DNA from: Octopus sinensis
Lineage: Eukaryota
NCBI RefSeq assembly: GCF_006345805.1
Contig: NC_043019.1
Span: 9,361,360 to 9,425,359, forward strand
Direction: 5' to 3'
DNA: 64,000 bases
This document shows, in pieces, positions 24,738 through 37,764 of this stretch. Position numbers and translations under genes: made by a program. The notes beneath the pieces are model-generated. The model had not been told where the DNA came from and searched no databases. It saw only the letters and a list, made by a program, of their open reading frames with translations. The first letter of the stretch is position 1. Each line of letters opens with the position of its first letter.

Positions 24738-25314
24738 CAGGGTGCGGTGAATAAATTGTCGTCTAAATTACGCAAAAATGAATATCACACTGACATCTCA
24801 TTTTAACAGATATTTCATCTAGTTTCAGCTCACGGGCTGTGGCCATGCTGGGGCACCGCCATTGATATGTTTACCAGAATTACATAAAAATATCTTGAAA
24901 TACTAAAGAGCAAATCTATTCAATAAAATCGCCATTGGCTTCAACTACGGCCTCCAGACGACTTCGGAATCTCATGCAACTCTTCTGGGCGGTCTCCTTG
25001 TTTAAGTTGGTGAATGCCGCCATAATCCATCTTTGGTGTTACAAGGAGTTTTCTTGGTCTCTCGCTCAACTGCGCGTCACACCTAATAATCAAGGGGGTT
25101 GCAGCCTGAGGAGTTAGGTGGCCAGATGTTAGGAGTGATGTGGTTCCAGAAATTGTCTGACAGCCATGACTGGGTTCTCCTGCTTGTGTGGCATGGAGGT
25201 AGAGTCCTGTTGCCAGACATCTTCCCACACCGCCTCAGACTCAACACTGGGGCTTACATCACGTGCCTGGAGGATGTCGCGCTACCCTGGGGGAAAGGGG
25301 TAGCTGCTGGAAGA
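24738..25314 (-). mobile_element. DD37D (maT-type) transposon 3' remnant with an inverted 5' segment
   Basis: Minus 25221-24925: VWQQDS..CHTSRRTQSWLSDNF.NHITPNIWPPNS..CNPLDY (37 residues between the two D) ...RFRSRLEAVVEANGDFIE*. Plus 25219-25314: IFPHRLRLNTGAYITCLEDVALPWGKGVAAGR. TIR TA-CAGGGTGCGGTGAATAAATTG at 24736. A short SINE tail is inserted at about 24818-24860. Confidence 0.85.
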
Positions 25315-25664
25315 TGCACACACACACACACACACACACATATGTCTATCTAGCTCTCTAATAATTTATTTGATCACCCCCCTCTCTCTCTTTCTCTCTC
25401 TCTCTATATATATATGTGTGTGTATGCATATCGTTACGTGCGTTTATATTTGATATATCTGCTTGAGCACGCGCGCACCTGTGAATGTATGTATAAATGT
25501 TTCTCTGGATATACATACAGAAATCACAGAGAAGGACTATTGTACAATAAGTAATGAATATATAAAATATATGTAATTGGAACAGGTATATACATACGCA
25601 ACATAGCATCACATACTTAGATAATATACATACATTCATACACGTTTGCATACATACATATACA

Positions 25665-25697
<33 letters not shown>

Positions 25698-25799
25698 TCA
25701 CACCCACATACGTATATACAATCTCCATCCGCCCTTTCGCACGCACACACACTCTCTCCCTCACACACACACACCACATCCAGACGTTCAGCTCGATTG

Positions 25800-25950
25800 T
25801 TCACGATAATATCTGAAGGCCGCTTCGAAACTTCCGTTCTGTTCTCTCTCTCTCACGTGACAATCTATCAACCAACAGCCATCTTCTTTTTCTTTCCTGC
25901 TTTGAATCACAACAACAGGAAAATGGCAGCGTGAGCAGAGAGAAATCGGG
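25800..25950 (+). promoter_or_regulatory. Possible promoter/TSS region
   Basis: A repeat-free stretch with ETS-like ACTTCCG (25830-25836), E-box TCACGTGA (25853-25860) and YY1-like GCCATCTT (25878-25885). Motif-only evidence. Confidence 0.3.
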
Positions 25951-26265
25951 AGGATGCGATTGCAGCCTTTATTTCATTCTGAATTTTTTTCTCTCTTTAT
26001 CGATTTCTTTTGTTTTGTTTTCTTTTTTTTTTTGGTTTTTGATGGGTTTTTTTTTTTCGCTTATGGGATGTTATTCTTTCTTGTTTTCGCACCTTTTATT
26101 GTAAATCCTGAAAGTGTTCTCTCCTTGTTTGGCTGGAGGCCAGATAGATATACGGAAAGAAACGAAAAAAAGGTCGATCACAGCAATATCTTGGAACAAA
26201 TTTAAAAGCGAGAAACATTAAAACTGGAAAAGAATATAACTTGGAAGCAAGTGCCGCCGTCTGCC

Positions 26266-26322
26266 ATGATGTCATGCCTTGGAAATGTAATGCGTTATGA
26301 ATATTGGCGGGGGGGGTGTCAG
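26266..26322 (+). CDS. Candidate first coding exon (MMSCLGNVMRYEYWRGGCQ), unidentified
   Basis: GCCGCCGTCTGCCATG start context, 19 codons, ends CAG|GTAAAC (phase 0). No homologue recognised. Confidence 0.2.
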
Positions 26323-26559
26323 GTAAACGGGTGCATGGGTGGGGGTACATACACGCCTGCATCGATGATCGTAGTACTTCACTGGTATTTCTGTGATCGA
26401 GTTTAAAAGGATGAAAGGTTAGGTTAGTCTGTAGCCTACACAGAATGAGATCCGAGTCCCGAAACAAGCTAAAACTGGTGGGGGAGGGTTTGTCTGACGC
26501 TCCGTTTCGTAGAATTCTATGAAATCTGAGGAGGTTTTTATAAATAGTCAGAAATATTA

Positions 26560-26740
26560 TGAAACTCTGTCGCTTGTCTTTACATTTTGAGTTCAAATTC
26601 TACAGAGGTTTGACATTGCCTTTCATCCGTCTTGGGTGGATAAAAGAAGTACCAACGGAATGCTGGGGTCGATGTAATCAACTTACCTCCTCCCCAGAAA
26701 TTGCTGGCATTGTGCCAGGAGTTAAAATCAAGATTATGAA
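26560..26740 (+). mobile_element. Degraded family-B SINE
   Basis: GAGTTCAAATTCTACAGAGGTTTGACATTGCCTTTCATCCGTCTTGGGTGGATAAAAGAAGTACC..GGGGTCGATGTAATC. Confidence 0.7.
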
Positions 26741-27264
26741 CCATTGTGAAATGTACAATATTTTAGACTCTTGTACAGTGTTCTGGAATATTGTACGGCA
26801 TTGGAAAACAGTGCGGCATTCTCTTTATTTTGTTTTCCTTTCACTTGTCTCTGTTACTGGATTGCGACCGTGCTGGAGCACCGAGTATGTGTGTGTGTGC
26901 TTCCTCACAATCGGTTTCCTCCTCCGTTCGTATACTAAATTCAATTACAAGCTATTGGTCGGCCCAGGAATATACTAGAAGACACAGGTTTAATGTGTTG
27001 CACTGTGGGACTACACAGAATGAGATCCGAGCCTCTCTGGTTGCAAAGGGAGTTTCTTAACCACACAGCCAGGCCTGCGCTTCTGTAAAGTTCTTGTGCA
27101 TCAAACACTACTGCACCAGAGAATGGAGATTTTGTGTTTGTGTTGGGTTAAATTAATCTTCTGCTCAGTTTAGTAAAGTATTTTTGTGTAAAAGCTCAGC
27201 GCGTCGGGGTGAATAGAGTAATATTTATCTTATACTGGTATTTACGCCCTTACTCAACATTCAA

Positions 27265-27345
27265 ATGTCTGGCCTTGTCCCCTACTATGACCCACCTTGT
27301 GAAGCTGCTTCGTCCTTAGGGGGACCTTTAGAAGAGATTGTGCCA
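27265..27345 (+). CDS. Candidate alternative first coding exon (MSGLVPYYDPPCEAASSLGGPLEEIVP), unidentified
   Basis: CAAATG start, 27 codons, consensus donor CCA|GTAAGT (phase 0). No homologue recognised. Confidence 0.2.
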
Positions 27346-28269
27346 GTAAGTTGCTATGCTAATTGCTCTCTGGTTCCATAGGCAAATAATTCGGTAAATC
27401 GAGGGCCTTAATACTCATCGTCGAGTCCGATGGATATCCAGCCGTGTGTCTGTTTGTGTGTGTGTATTTGATAAAGAGAGAGAGAGAGACCGTTTGTGTG
27501 TGGGCGTGTGTGCGCGCGCGTGTATATTAATGTGTTCGTGTCTATGTGTGAGTGTATTTATAAATACAAATAGCTGTATATGCGATTGGAGTGTTTATAA
27601 ATATCTGCCCAAATACGTAAACGGAACGTGACGGGGAACGTAAATCCCAACTACTTCGTTCACGCTTAAGTATCTCAACCACACTTTGTTAAAAGATGTT
27701 TGATAATATCAACATACACACACACACACATATAAATATAGTTAAAATCTACTCCACACATCACTATAAATAAACAGAAAAGCATACACCATCACATATA
27801 CATACATACATACATACATACATACATACATACATACATACATACATACATAGACACATGCATATGAGTTGGGGGGGGGGGTACAGGCGCGAAACTAGTG
27901 AGAGGGGAGTGAGTGAAGTAATCGGAAGTGCTTTCGAATTGGAAAACACTGAACATTTGCTCGACACATATTTACAACTTCCTTACAACCCACAAGCCAT
28001 GATTATATACACGGAAGGCCCCCGTTTGTCTCACAACATGGCTGTACACCTGTAAAGTTTTGCCTCACTCGGTATTAGTAGACTATCGTCTGCTTTAAAT
28101 TTATAGGCCTAAAAGCACCATTGCCCATATAAACACACTCGCAAGCACGCACGTGCGCGCGCACACACACACACGCACACACACACACACATACGCACAC
28201 ACATTTTTACAAGTGACAGTTAAAAATTTTTTAAAACATTTCAGAGAACCTTCAGTTGTAGTTTCTGGA

Positions 28270-28277
28270 ATGAACAA

Positions 28278-28366
<89 letters not shown>

Positions 28367-28632
28367 TGCGTGTGTGTCTGTGTCTTGTCTGTCATATTTC
28401 AAGATTTCTTGCCAATAAAGAGCCGGTTTCCAACCTTGATCCAAAGCTCCTTCAACATCAACAACAGGGTATTTTTGTATGTATGTACGTATGTATGTAT
28501 GTATGTATGTACGTATGTACGTATGTATGTACGTATGTATGTATGTATGTGTGTATGTGTGTATATGTATGTTTGTATGTATGTATGTATGTATGTACGT
28601 ACGTACGTACGTGTGTGTGTGGTGTGTATGTA

Positions 28633-28677
<45 letters not shown>

Positions 28678-28780
28678 GTGTATGTGTGTATGTATGTATG
28701 TATGTATGCATGCATGTATGTATGTATGTATGTATGTACGTGTGTGTGTATGTATGTATGTATGTATGTATGTATGTATG

Positions 28781-28812
<32 letters not shown>

Positions 28813-28920
28813 TATGTATGTATGTATGTGCGTGCGTGCGTGCGTGCGTGCGTGCGTACGTACGTGCGTGCGTGCGTGCGTACGTACGTATGTATGTATG
28901 TATGTATGTATGTATTCTCA
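28270..28920. repeat. Long compound microsatellite (GT)n/(GTAT)n/(GTGC)n
   Basis: Directly visible. It generates the spurious CV/YVCM/HT ORFs. Confidence 0.95.
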
Positions 28921-28937
28921 TGCATATAGTTACATAT

Positions 28938-29265
28938 CTAGACATGCTCATGCTCAGATATATTTAAATTTTTACAGATTTCTACAGTTCCAGTGATGGA
29001 TTGGATCCGTAGTCTTCGAATTAGCTTTCTCCTTTCTGATTTTGAGAAGTCTAATTTCTCAAGATTGGTATTTAGGCAACGTGTTACATATCTCAGGACC
29101 CCAATAATTACAAGTATAAACCTAAACTTGTAACCTGGATAGAGTAACTGCAGATTTCTCAATAGCTCAGCATAAGAGTTCTCTTTTTCACCGATCTTCA
29201 GATTTATGTTAACATCCGCTGCGCAGCTGGTTTCCACAACTGCACTCAGTTTCTCTTCTCGTCAC
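28938..29265 (-). mobile_element. RLE non-LTR retrotransposon 3' fragment, second family
   Basis: VVETSCAADVNINLKIGEKENSYAELLRNLQLLYPGYKFRFILVIIGVL...LEKLDFSKSERRKLIRRLRIQSITGTVEICK. The 3' side runs into (TACA)n. Confidence 0.75.
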
Positions 29266-30116
29266 AAATAATTATATCAGGTCTGTTGTGCTCACATTTT
29301 ATGCATCTATGGAATACACACACACACACACTCTCTCTCTCTCTCTCTCTATCACGTACGCTCATACTCAAGAACATTAATGAAGCACACACATTTATAT
29401 ACTAAATCGACATACACACCTACTATTCCCATAGTGTGTGTATGGTGGTGGGTTATTCAAAGCCGCATTTCTCATTTGAGTATTTGTTTATCAACATCCG
29501 CAACCTCGCTTCTGCACTCACTCACGAAGAGATCGACAAACGGAACGTGTTGTCTTCATTTCAACAAATTTACTTCGTCATTTTCTTAGAAATTGGCTTT
29601 AGTTTTGGGAAAGGAAAAACTTAAATCTTGGAGGAAAACATACATACATGCATACATGCATGCATGCATTTAATGATGCAAAATTGCACATTGCAAGTTC
29701 AATCCCAGCTGTTAGGCCCTTTACAAATACAAACTTTAAGCGGAACGATGAAAACGTGCGAAACTTCTTTTCTCAAATTCAAAATGTGACTTTTTTTGTT
29801 TTGTTTATTTTGCTTTTGCGATCAATTTTGGTCGAACGATACAACCTTGGGTTCTTTATCATAAAGTAGTTCCTTACAAGAAGACTTCAAATAGTTAGAA
29901 ATAGAGCATGAATACATGCACACACAAACACACATACATACAGGGAAAGTGATGACAAGGAAGTTTCTAGTGGTTTTCATGGTTGATGAGTAAAACACAC
30001 GATTCTGGTAGATAAACCTGAATATCACTTTAGTTTTTCTTCCCCTATTTTTCTGAGGAACGTGAAGGGGAAATTTTAAGTAGCGAAATTATAAGATATT
30101 GTTTGAGTGGATCTGC

Positions 30117-30148
<32 letters not shown>

Positions 30149-30673
30149 CAATCGGCGGTGAGAGAGAGAGAAACGATGGTGGGTGATTTTTAATGTATTA
30201 TAACTTTTTTTCTCGTTATATCCAAACGTTGTTTTTCTTGCTATGTGGTGCTGCGGAGTATATCGATAGATTTTAGTGGGTCTGGTGCGTAAAACACAAA
30301 CGTAACATCATATTTCATATAGAATATCTTGGTGAAGAGAAATAGATTCGCCGGACTATTGTCAGTCTTACACTGGAATTTTCTCTGCGATTGGTAACCA
30401 TATTTTCTGTCTACGAAGGTAATTCTTACAAACCCAGCATTACAAATGGCTTAAGTAAATCGGATCGACTGATTTGCACATAAAATATATTTTTAGCCGC
30501 GATTTCGATTACTAAATCGCTAGTAGATAAGTGTTTGTTTCAAAGCTGTACTTTGCTCTTATAATCTGTCTGCAGATTTTGAATGCAAACTCTAAGTAGC
30601 AGAGAGATATAATTGTATGAAGATGTTTACATCATGTTAGTATATCTTCATATCATTTTATCTTTTTTGTCAG

Positions 30674-30956
30674 GAAGAAAGGCAATGCTCGTGATCCGTT
30701 CCACGCCTCCTGAGATTAGAGAGAGCGGGACAGGGAGAAGTATTCGGAAACCTGGTCCGAATATTTAAAACAGATTGAACTCAAGGTGCCTGGTGGTATT
30801 AAAACGGACGACGCGTTAAGTCTCGCACTCTTGAATGCTATGACAGGATTTTCAAAAGGCTGGAACAAATACAGCAAACAACCAGACCGACCTTCTCACA
30901 GTTCTTCTAATTCTTCGCCTTCGGTTGCGACTTTCTCAAATAGTCCGAAAAAGTGA
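30674..30956 (+). CDS. Candidate terminal exon with a 2-nt frameshift in an (AG)n run; unidentified protein
   Basis: Acceptor TCTTTTTTGTCAG|. Frame RKAMLVIRSTPPEIRE joins, if one AG at 30718-30725 is removed, to RDREKYSETWSEYLKQIELKVPGGIKTDDALSLALLNAMTGFSKGWNKYSKQPDRPSHSSSNSSPSVATFSNSPKK*. Confidence 0.3.
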
Positions 30957-31134
30957 AGGGCAGGACTGCCATCGGATACAATATTATCTTTGTGGAAATA
31001 AATAATGCAGGATTAACCGGTCTAGCTTCAATCTTGTGTAGGGATTTCGTCAGCAACTGAACCCTTGAACACTTAATAAAGGTGGGATTTATGCGTATAA
31101 ACCCCACTATTATTAAGGGCTTCATACTTAAGGC

Positions 31135-31300
31135 CGCAAGCTCGCAGAATCGTTATTGCTGAACACCTTTGTTTATGGTTCTTTATGTTCTGCGTTCAAA
31201 TTCTGCCGATGTCGACTTTGCCTTTCATCCTTTCGGGGTTGATAAAATAAATCCCAGTCAAGTACCGGAACCGATGTAATTGACTTTCCACCTTCGCCTA
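31135..31300 (+). mobile_element. Family-B SINE
   Basis: GCGTTCAAATTCTGCCGATGTCGACTTTGCCTTTCATCCTTTCGGGGTTGATAAAATAA. Confidence 0.75.
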
Positions 31301-32890
31301 ACACCAAAATGTAGAACTTCAGACAATCGAACAGATTGATCTATCGGTACAACATATTCTTGACAGTCTAATTCATTGAATGAATTACGAGGGCGGCATT
31401 AATATTGTTTCATTTCGATTCTGTTCAACAGAATACATCTATAGTTTGTAGCCAATGACCTACGCAACAAACATTTGCAAATATCTTGTCTTCCGAAATA
31501 TCTTTCTGAATAAAAAAAAAAAGGGAAGAGATCAGCAAGGCCGACTTGCAACGGATTCTTTTATCGATTTTCAACTTATTTCATAACTAAATTTCCTTTC
31601 TTCCTCTTTTTACTCCTCGAGGGGATGAAAGTAAATTCTGTATCAAAACTACATTTTTTTAATGGATTGACGAAAAGAAATGCTTGTCTGGTCTGCGGGA
31701 GTCTGAAGCTCATTTCCTGACTCTTTCTATATTTCTACAAAGGTAATTCTTACAAATTACGGGGAATTAACTGAAATGCAGTGCTCCCCCCATCGCCCTA
31801 TTGCTTCTAATACTACTACTTATGCTGCAACTACTACTACTACCACAACTGCTACTGCTTTCACTTTACTAAATATCACTTTTGTATTCTTTAGTCAAAC
31901 CTTCGAGCCTATCCACGACACCACTGCGACACTCCCCGTAGTCGTACTACAACGTTTACTACAACACCACAGAGCACCACTACAACACCTCTCCAAACAG
32001 CATCACACAACGACACAACAGATAATCCCACGACGCTACCACCGCACCATCCGAACAATAAAATCCTTTTCTTTAATCGGAATAAAATCCCCGCATATAA
32101 AACCACCACCACCACCACCATCACATTACTACAATTCAACAGACACTTCTCCAACAGCAATGAACGAGGAAGACATCTATATGGGGTCTATATGGGGTCT
32201 TTTCATTTGCTAGAAATACTTGTTTAGTTCCTTTCAAATGGAACCATCTTTGATAAAGAAGGATATATTTTAAAATGCGGTTCAAAATACATGATCTCCG
32301 AAATCACGGGACGGTCACGGCTGAAACGCCTTTGATTGTAGGTTTGCTGGATCATGTATCACCTTGGGTTAATGTACATCATCTTAAGGGGTCAACAGTA
32401 AGGGGTCAAGCCGATTTACGTAATATACTGTAATATATATACAACAATAAGGGAGAGTCTCTACATGGTTCTTGACTCTACTAGACATAGCAGCCTCGAA
32501 TCACATCCAACAGACTTCTTTAAAGAAAAGACACACGAGGTGAAGTAATTCTACAGGATGGTCGATCCTGGATTGGCTTTAATCATAGGCTAGTAACAGC
32601 CATCATCACTGTCGTCGTCATCATCATCATCATCGTCGTCATCACCGTTGTCGTCACCATCATTAGCATTATCAATGACGGATTTTTGTTTTTTCGTACA
32701 ATCCTGCGAATTCCTTCCTCTGAGATAAAGTTTAAAGAAACAGAATAAAAAAGATTGGTTCCTGAAACAGAATGGAAAATATTCTGTGTGTGTTTGTGTG
32801 TGAGTAAGAGAGAGTGAGTATGAATGAGTGTGTATGAATGTGTATGTGCGCGTACGGGCATGTTATGTGCATTTGAATACATAGAAAGGC

Positions 32891-32941
<51 letters not shown>

Positions 32942-33108
32942 CACACACACACACATATACATACGTAAACGTGCTCATTCGTACATGTAGCATCCACTAA
33001 TTTGATTATTTATTAACTTTTCGTTGTTTCTCAGTTTAATACTTTGGTTGATTAAATCGATTACCCCCACTCCCCAAAAGTTTAGGTTTGGTGCCCGTAG
33101 TAGAAAAG

Positions 33109-33143
<35 letters not shown>

Positions 33144-34264
33144 GTCGGACCTCGAAACGAAAGGTTTTTACTTGATGAATTAGACTTTTAATAAACATTG
33201 AGAATCCAGGTTCCTTCAAAAAGCTTGGAGTTTGCCCATAAAGAGTTGGACAAAAAAAAATACGGTTTGCAATTTTTTTGCACAAATTTTATTTCTTCTT
33301 TACATTGTCAACACAGAAAAATGGCAACAAAAATTCCGAGTTCGGGCCCCGAAAGGAAAACAGAAAATAAAAAGAAATAACACAGCACTCAAACACTGAA
33401 AAATTCATAGGACGAGAATAGTTTTTTTAAATGCAAAAAGAAAATAACAAAATAATAGTGATGAACAAAAACCAGAGAATATTTTAACCGTAAGAGACAA
33501 CACTGGCGTGTTCATGTATCCATTGCCAAACGAAAACATTTCTGCTGTTTCACATGATAACAACACCTTTGCCAGAGCACCAAGCAACACAGAATGTGTG
33601 ATGAATTCTTCACAACAAACGGGGCAGAGAGTACGAGACAGGTTTTGCAGCCCAGCTTCTCCCCCCCCCCCTGACAATTATCCCCAGGACCGAGCAAAGA
33701 GAAAACTTATCTGTCTCTGACTCTTGTAAAAATGAAGCAAGCGTCTTTCAAATAACCTCAAAGATCCCCTGAAGGACTGTTTGAAATGTAAAGGGTGGGG
33801 GGAATTCATCTCTTTTAAACCCGAAACGCAACCCCTAAAACAGATTAAGATAGTAAGGCACACGCTCACTCGTGTTCTGGTTCCCCAATATTGGATTATA
33901 CGGAGATGCGGATGAACAGCGTGCAGCTGAGATCCGCTTAATTATAAGAAGGCTGCAGGTTCGAAGACGAACTATTTGCAGCGGATTATTTACCAGAAGA
34001 GCAGGAATATAAACCTGTCGCAGATGGAATATTTGTGAAGTGTTCACCACGCTGATCTCTGAAAAGAAACTGTTCCGTTAGCATTTAGGATCAGTTATAA
34101 CTTTATTCAACATCTTCCCGTTTCAGATTCACACACTTATGGCAGCAGTCCTTCAGTTTTTCTAAGCCCCACAAAAGAACTCAGAAGGTTGGGCCTCCAG
34201 CCAAGCCTTTTGCGACACCCTTAAAGTAGGGAGTTTTCAGCACCTCCTCGTACAGATATATATA

Positions 34265-34468
34265 TTTTTTACTTGTTCCAGTCATTTGACTGTGGCCATG
34301 CTGCAGTAGCGCCTTTAGTCGCACGAATCGACCCCAGGACTTATTCCATCGGTTTCTTATGCCAAACCGCTAAGTTACGGGGGCGTAAACACACCAACAT
34401 CGGTTGTCAAGCGATGGTGGGGAGACAAACACACACAAACATACACACACACACACACACATACATAC

Positions 34469-34509
<41 letters not shown>

Positions 34510-34642
34510 GACGGGCTTCTTTCAGTTTCTTTCTACCAAATCCACTCACAAGTTTTTGGTTGGCCCGAGGCTATAGCAGAAGACACTTGCCCAAGGTGCC
34601 ACGTAGTGAGACTGAACCCGGAACCATGTGGTTGGTAAGCAA
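34265..34642 (-). mobile_element. Family-A SINE
   Basis: Reverse-complement body: CAAATCCACTCACAAG..AGACACTTGCCCAAGGTGCCAC..GAACCCGGAACCATGTGG. Internal CA/TA microsatellite. Confidence 0.8.
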
Positions 34643-34778
34643 ATATATGTATATATATAGATAAATATTCTATCTGGGACAGGTTTATATCTACACATGT
34701 AAACACATACACATGTATACATAAACGCGCATATATGTATGCATGTCCCTATGCAAATATATACTCATGTACACACAT

Positions 34779-34854
<76 letters not shown>

Positions 34855-35210
34855 TGTCTGTCTCTATTTTGAGAACGAGAGAGGGAGGTAGAGATGGATA
34901 GATTCCATTCCATTTACAATTGTCAGAAAATTCTTCGATTTTGCTATCTTTGGAATCTCTATTGAGATCGGCGTGACCTTCATTAATATTGGATTCTTGC
35001 AATCGTTTATTTATTAATTGACTTTTGTTACTACCATGTATTCAGTTTGGTTTTATTAATTAAGAATTTTAGCGATTGGAGTTGGTAGCCTTCAATGGTT
35101 GTTGTTAGAACGCGTTCTTCCGTAAAGATATATCTTTACCGACACTCTGACTTCCTTTTGGGAACAATGGTAGAATAAGAAATAGGCTACGTTTTTTCAA
35201 AACTCTTTCA

Positions 35211-35256
<46 letters not shown>

Positions 35257-36237
35257 CTGCTGTGAGTGTTGGCTTTTCCAATTTGGTACTTCTTTTCATT
35301 AAATGTATTCAGTTAATTCAAACTTCCTCTATATTTTGGAGTGGGGTTGTTTTAAAGATATTTCGCCATTTTAGCGTACTGCCAGTATTCACTGTTATAA
35401 ACAAACTGTTTTAGTTCTATTTGAAAAGGATTTAAATTAACAAAAGTATATTTATTAATTTTCGGGTCTTTTTTGAGACAGAATTATTTATTTTCTTTAA
35501 TGCGATTGTTTATCTTTACAATAATGGTTCAACAACTTTCAATAATTTTAGCGATTGGAGTTTGCATTTCAATTATTTCTTACCGTTGTTATGAGTTTGT
35601 GTTGTTGTTGTTTTCTTTTAATTCTCAATGAATTAGGAATTCCTTTAAAATTTCAATGTTTGTCTATCAAATCTGGTTGCGTCTTTGATTTATTCTGGCG
35701 ATGATGCTAGTTTCTGTTGGCAGTTATTAGGTGCTTCTACTAGGTTTATTCAGACCACAGATAGAGCCGTGAGCCTTGCTCGATAGTCTGGTGTGGTTGT
35801 GTCTTATCTATCTGATATCAACCATATGTTCACCAGTTATATTTGGTGCATGTGCATCGCCAATTTGTTTTCAGAAGCTTTGATTATTTTTCCACATCGC
35901 TGGATGTTTTCTGTGGCATATCTCCTTCATCGTGCTTTGAAGCTACCGCTTCTCTCTTTGATGGACCACAGCTTCTATATCTGTTACTAATGTCTTGGAG
36001 TACTTTGTTGAAGGAACATTTCCAAGTCATTTTCGTTATTCTATACAAGTCCTTCTCAAACATTGTGTCGACGTGCGCAGTGGATTATTCCGATCATAAT
36101 TCAAGTCTTTAGAAAATCCGTATAAATCCCTGAGTATTTTAAAGAACTTTTACTCAAAATTCTGTTATGCAAAATACATACGCACGTGCAAGAACATACA
36201 GACACGGGTATATATATATAAATATATTTATTTATTT

Positions 36238-36386
36238 ATTTACTACCCACAAGGGGCTAAACACAGAGGGGACAAACAAGGACAGACGAAGGGATTAAGT
36301 CGATTATATCGACACAATGCGTAACTGGTACTTAATTTATCGATCCCGAGAGGATGAAAGGCAAAGTCGACCTCGGCGGAATTTGA
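36238..36386 (-). mobile_element. Family-B SINE (truncated)
   Basis: CTACCCACAAGGGGCTAAACACAGAGGGGAC...GGATGAAAGGCAAAGTCGACCTCGGCGGAATTTG. Confidence 0.75.
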
Positions 36387-36434
36387 TACATATATACACA
36401 TACAAACATACATATATACATACAAATGTGTGTA

Positions 36435-36856
36435 CAGGGTGTCCCAAAAGTCACTGATGGATTTCAATTTTTAATAACTTCCTTAACAGATAAATGCTTG
36501 TAAGTTTGATACAGAATAAAAGACATAATGGAAATTAATCTGCACGAGTCAAACTTTGCAACATCACGACATGTCATATGAAGAATAACATCGCTTAAAT
36601 GGCAGCCATTTTCGGCTTCGCACGTCCGTGCTCTTTTCAAAACTTGCACCACAACACCCTAAAGAATTTCAGACCCCACGTCTCTGATTTCTCTATTGAT
36701 GTTCTCCTTCTGTTGCACCAGGGTCTCTGGTTTGTTGACGTAGACTCTTTCTTCCAGGTATGTCTTTTATGTTGTATCAAAATTTCGTGCATTTATCTGC
36801 AAAGTTAAGGAAGTTATTAAAATTTGAAACCCATCAGTGACCTTTGGGACAGGCTG
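36435..36856. mobile_element. Non-autonomous Tc1/mariner-superfamily element with ~100-bp inverted repeats and TA TSD
   Basis: TA|CAGGGTGTCCCAAAAGTCACTGATGG...CCATCAGTGACCTTTGGGACAGGCTG|TA. The interior (minus) encodes a transposase C-terminus YLEERVYVNKPETL..KENINREIRD..VLKRARTCEAENGCHLSDVI. Confidence 0.85.
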
Positions 36857-36874
36857 TATGTATGTATGTATGTA

Positions 36875-36930
<56 letters not shown>

Positions 36931-37139
36931 CATGCATGCATGCATGCATGTATGTATGTATGTATGTGTATGTATGTATGTATGTATGTATGTATGTATG
37001 CATGCATGCATGCATGCATGTATACCAGCATGCATGCATGCATGTATGCATGCATGCATGCATGTATACCAGCATGCATGCATGCATGCATGTATGCATG
37101 CATGCATGCATGTATGTATGTATAGATATATAATAGTAT

Positions 37140-37725
37140 AAATTGCCTATTACGTGGCGGGCTAATACGAAGGCTTGGGTAAGCAGACAATTTTTTATTG
37201 AGCGGATTCATGAAGTTTTGCCACGAGTGTTAAAAAGAAACTTCTCGTGTTAGACAATGCTCCCGCTCACCCTCCAGGGCTGGAGGATGACGTAGTTGAA
37301 GAGTTTGATTTTATTCAGGTCAAACTCCCGCCACCTCGCCCAACTTCTCTAATACAACCAATGGACCAACAGGCCATTGCAAACTTTAAGAAACCTTACG
37401 CAAAAGCCCTGTTTCGAAAGTGTTTTCAAGTCCCTAATGACACTCAGTTAATTCTCAGAGGATTTTGGAAAAATCATTTCAATATCCTGAATTGTGTAAA
37501 TCTTATTGATAACGCTTGGAACCAAATGAGTTAGAGAACCACGAATCCAACATGGAGGAAACATTGGCCAGATTGTGTACCAGAACGAAACTTTGAGGGT
37601 TTTGAGACGGCTACAAGTAGAGCTGCTGTCGAGGAAATTGCTATTGTTGATCATATTGTCTCTATGGGAAAGAATATAGGGCAGGATGTCGACAGTGAAG
37701 ACATTGAAGGGCTGGTGGACGCCTG
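37140..37725 (+). mobile_element. Tigger/pogo (DDE_1) transposase remnant
   Basis: LDNAPAHPPGLEDD..EFDFIQVKL.PP..TSLIQPMDQQAIANFKK.YAKALFRKCF..FWKNHFNILNCVNLIDNAWNQ, followed by ..WRKHWPDCVPERNFEGFE..IVSMGKNIG.DVDSEDIEGLV. Confidence 0.85.

Positions 37726-37764
<39 letters not shown>

Noticed and set aside
35040-36110. Possible Penelope-like ORF remnant on minus (PKINKYTFVNLNP-like words)
   Set aside because: Too degraded. No catalytic RT or GIY-YIG motif could be read with confidence.
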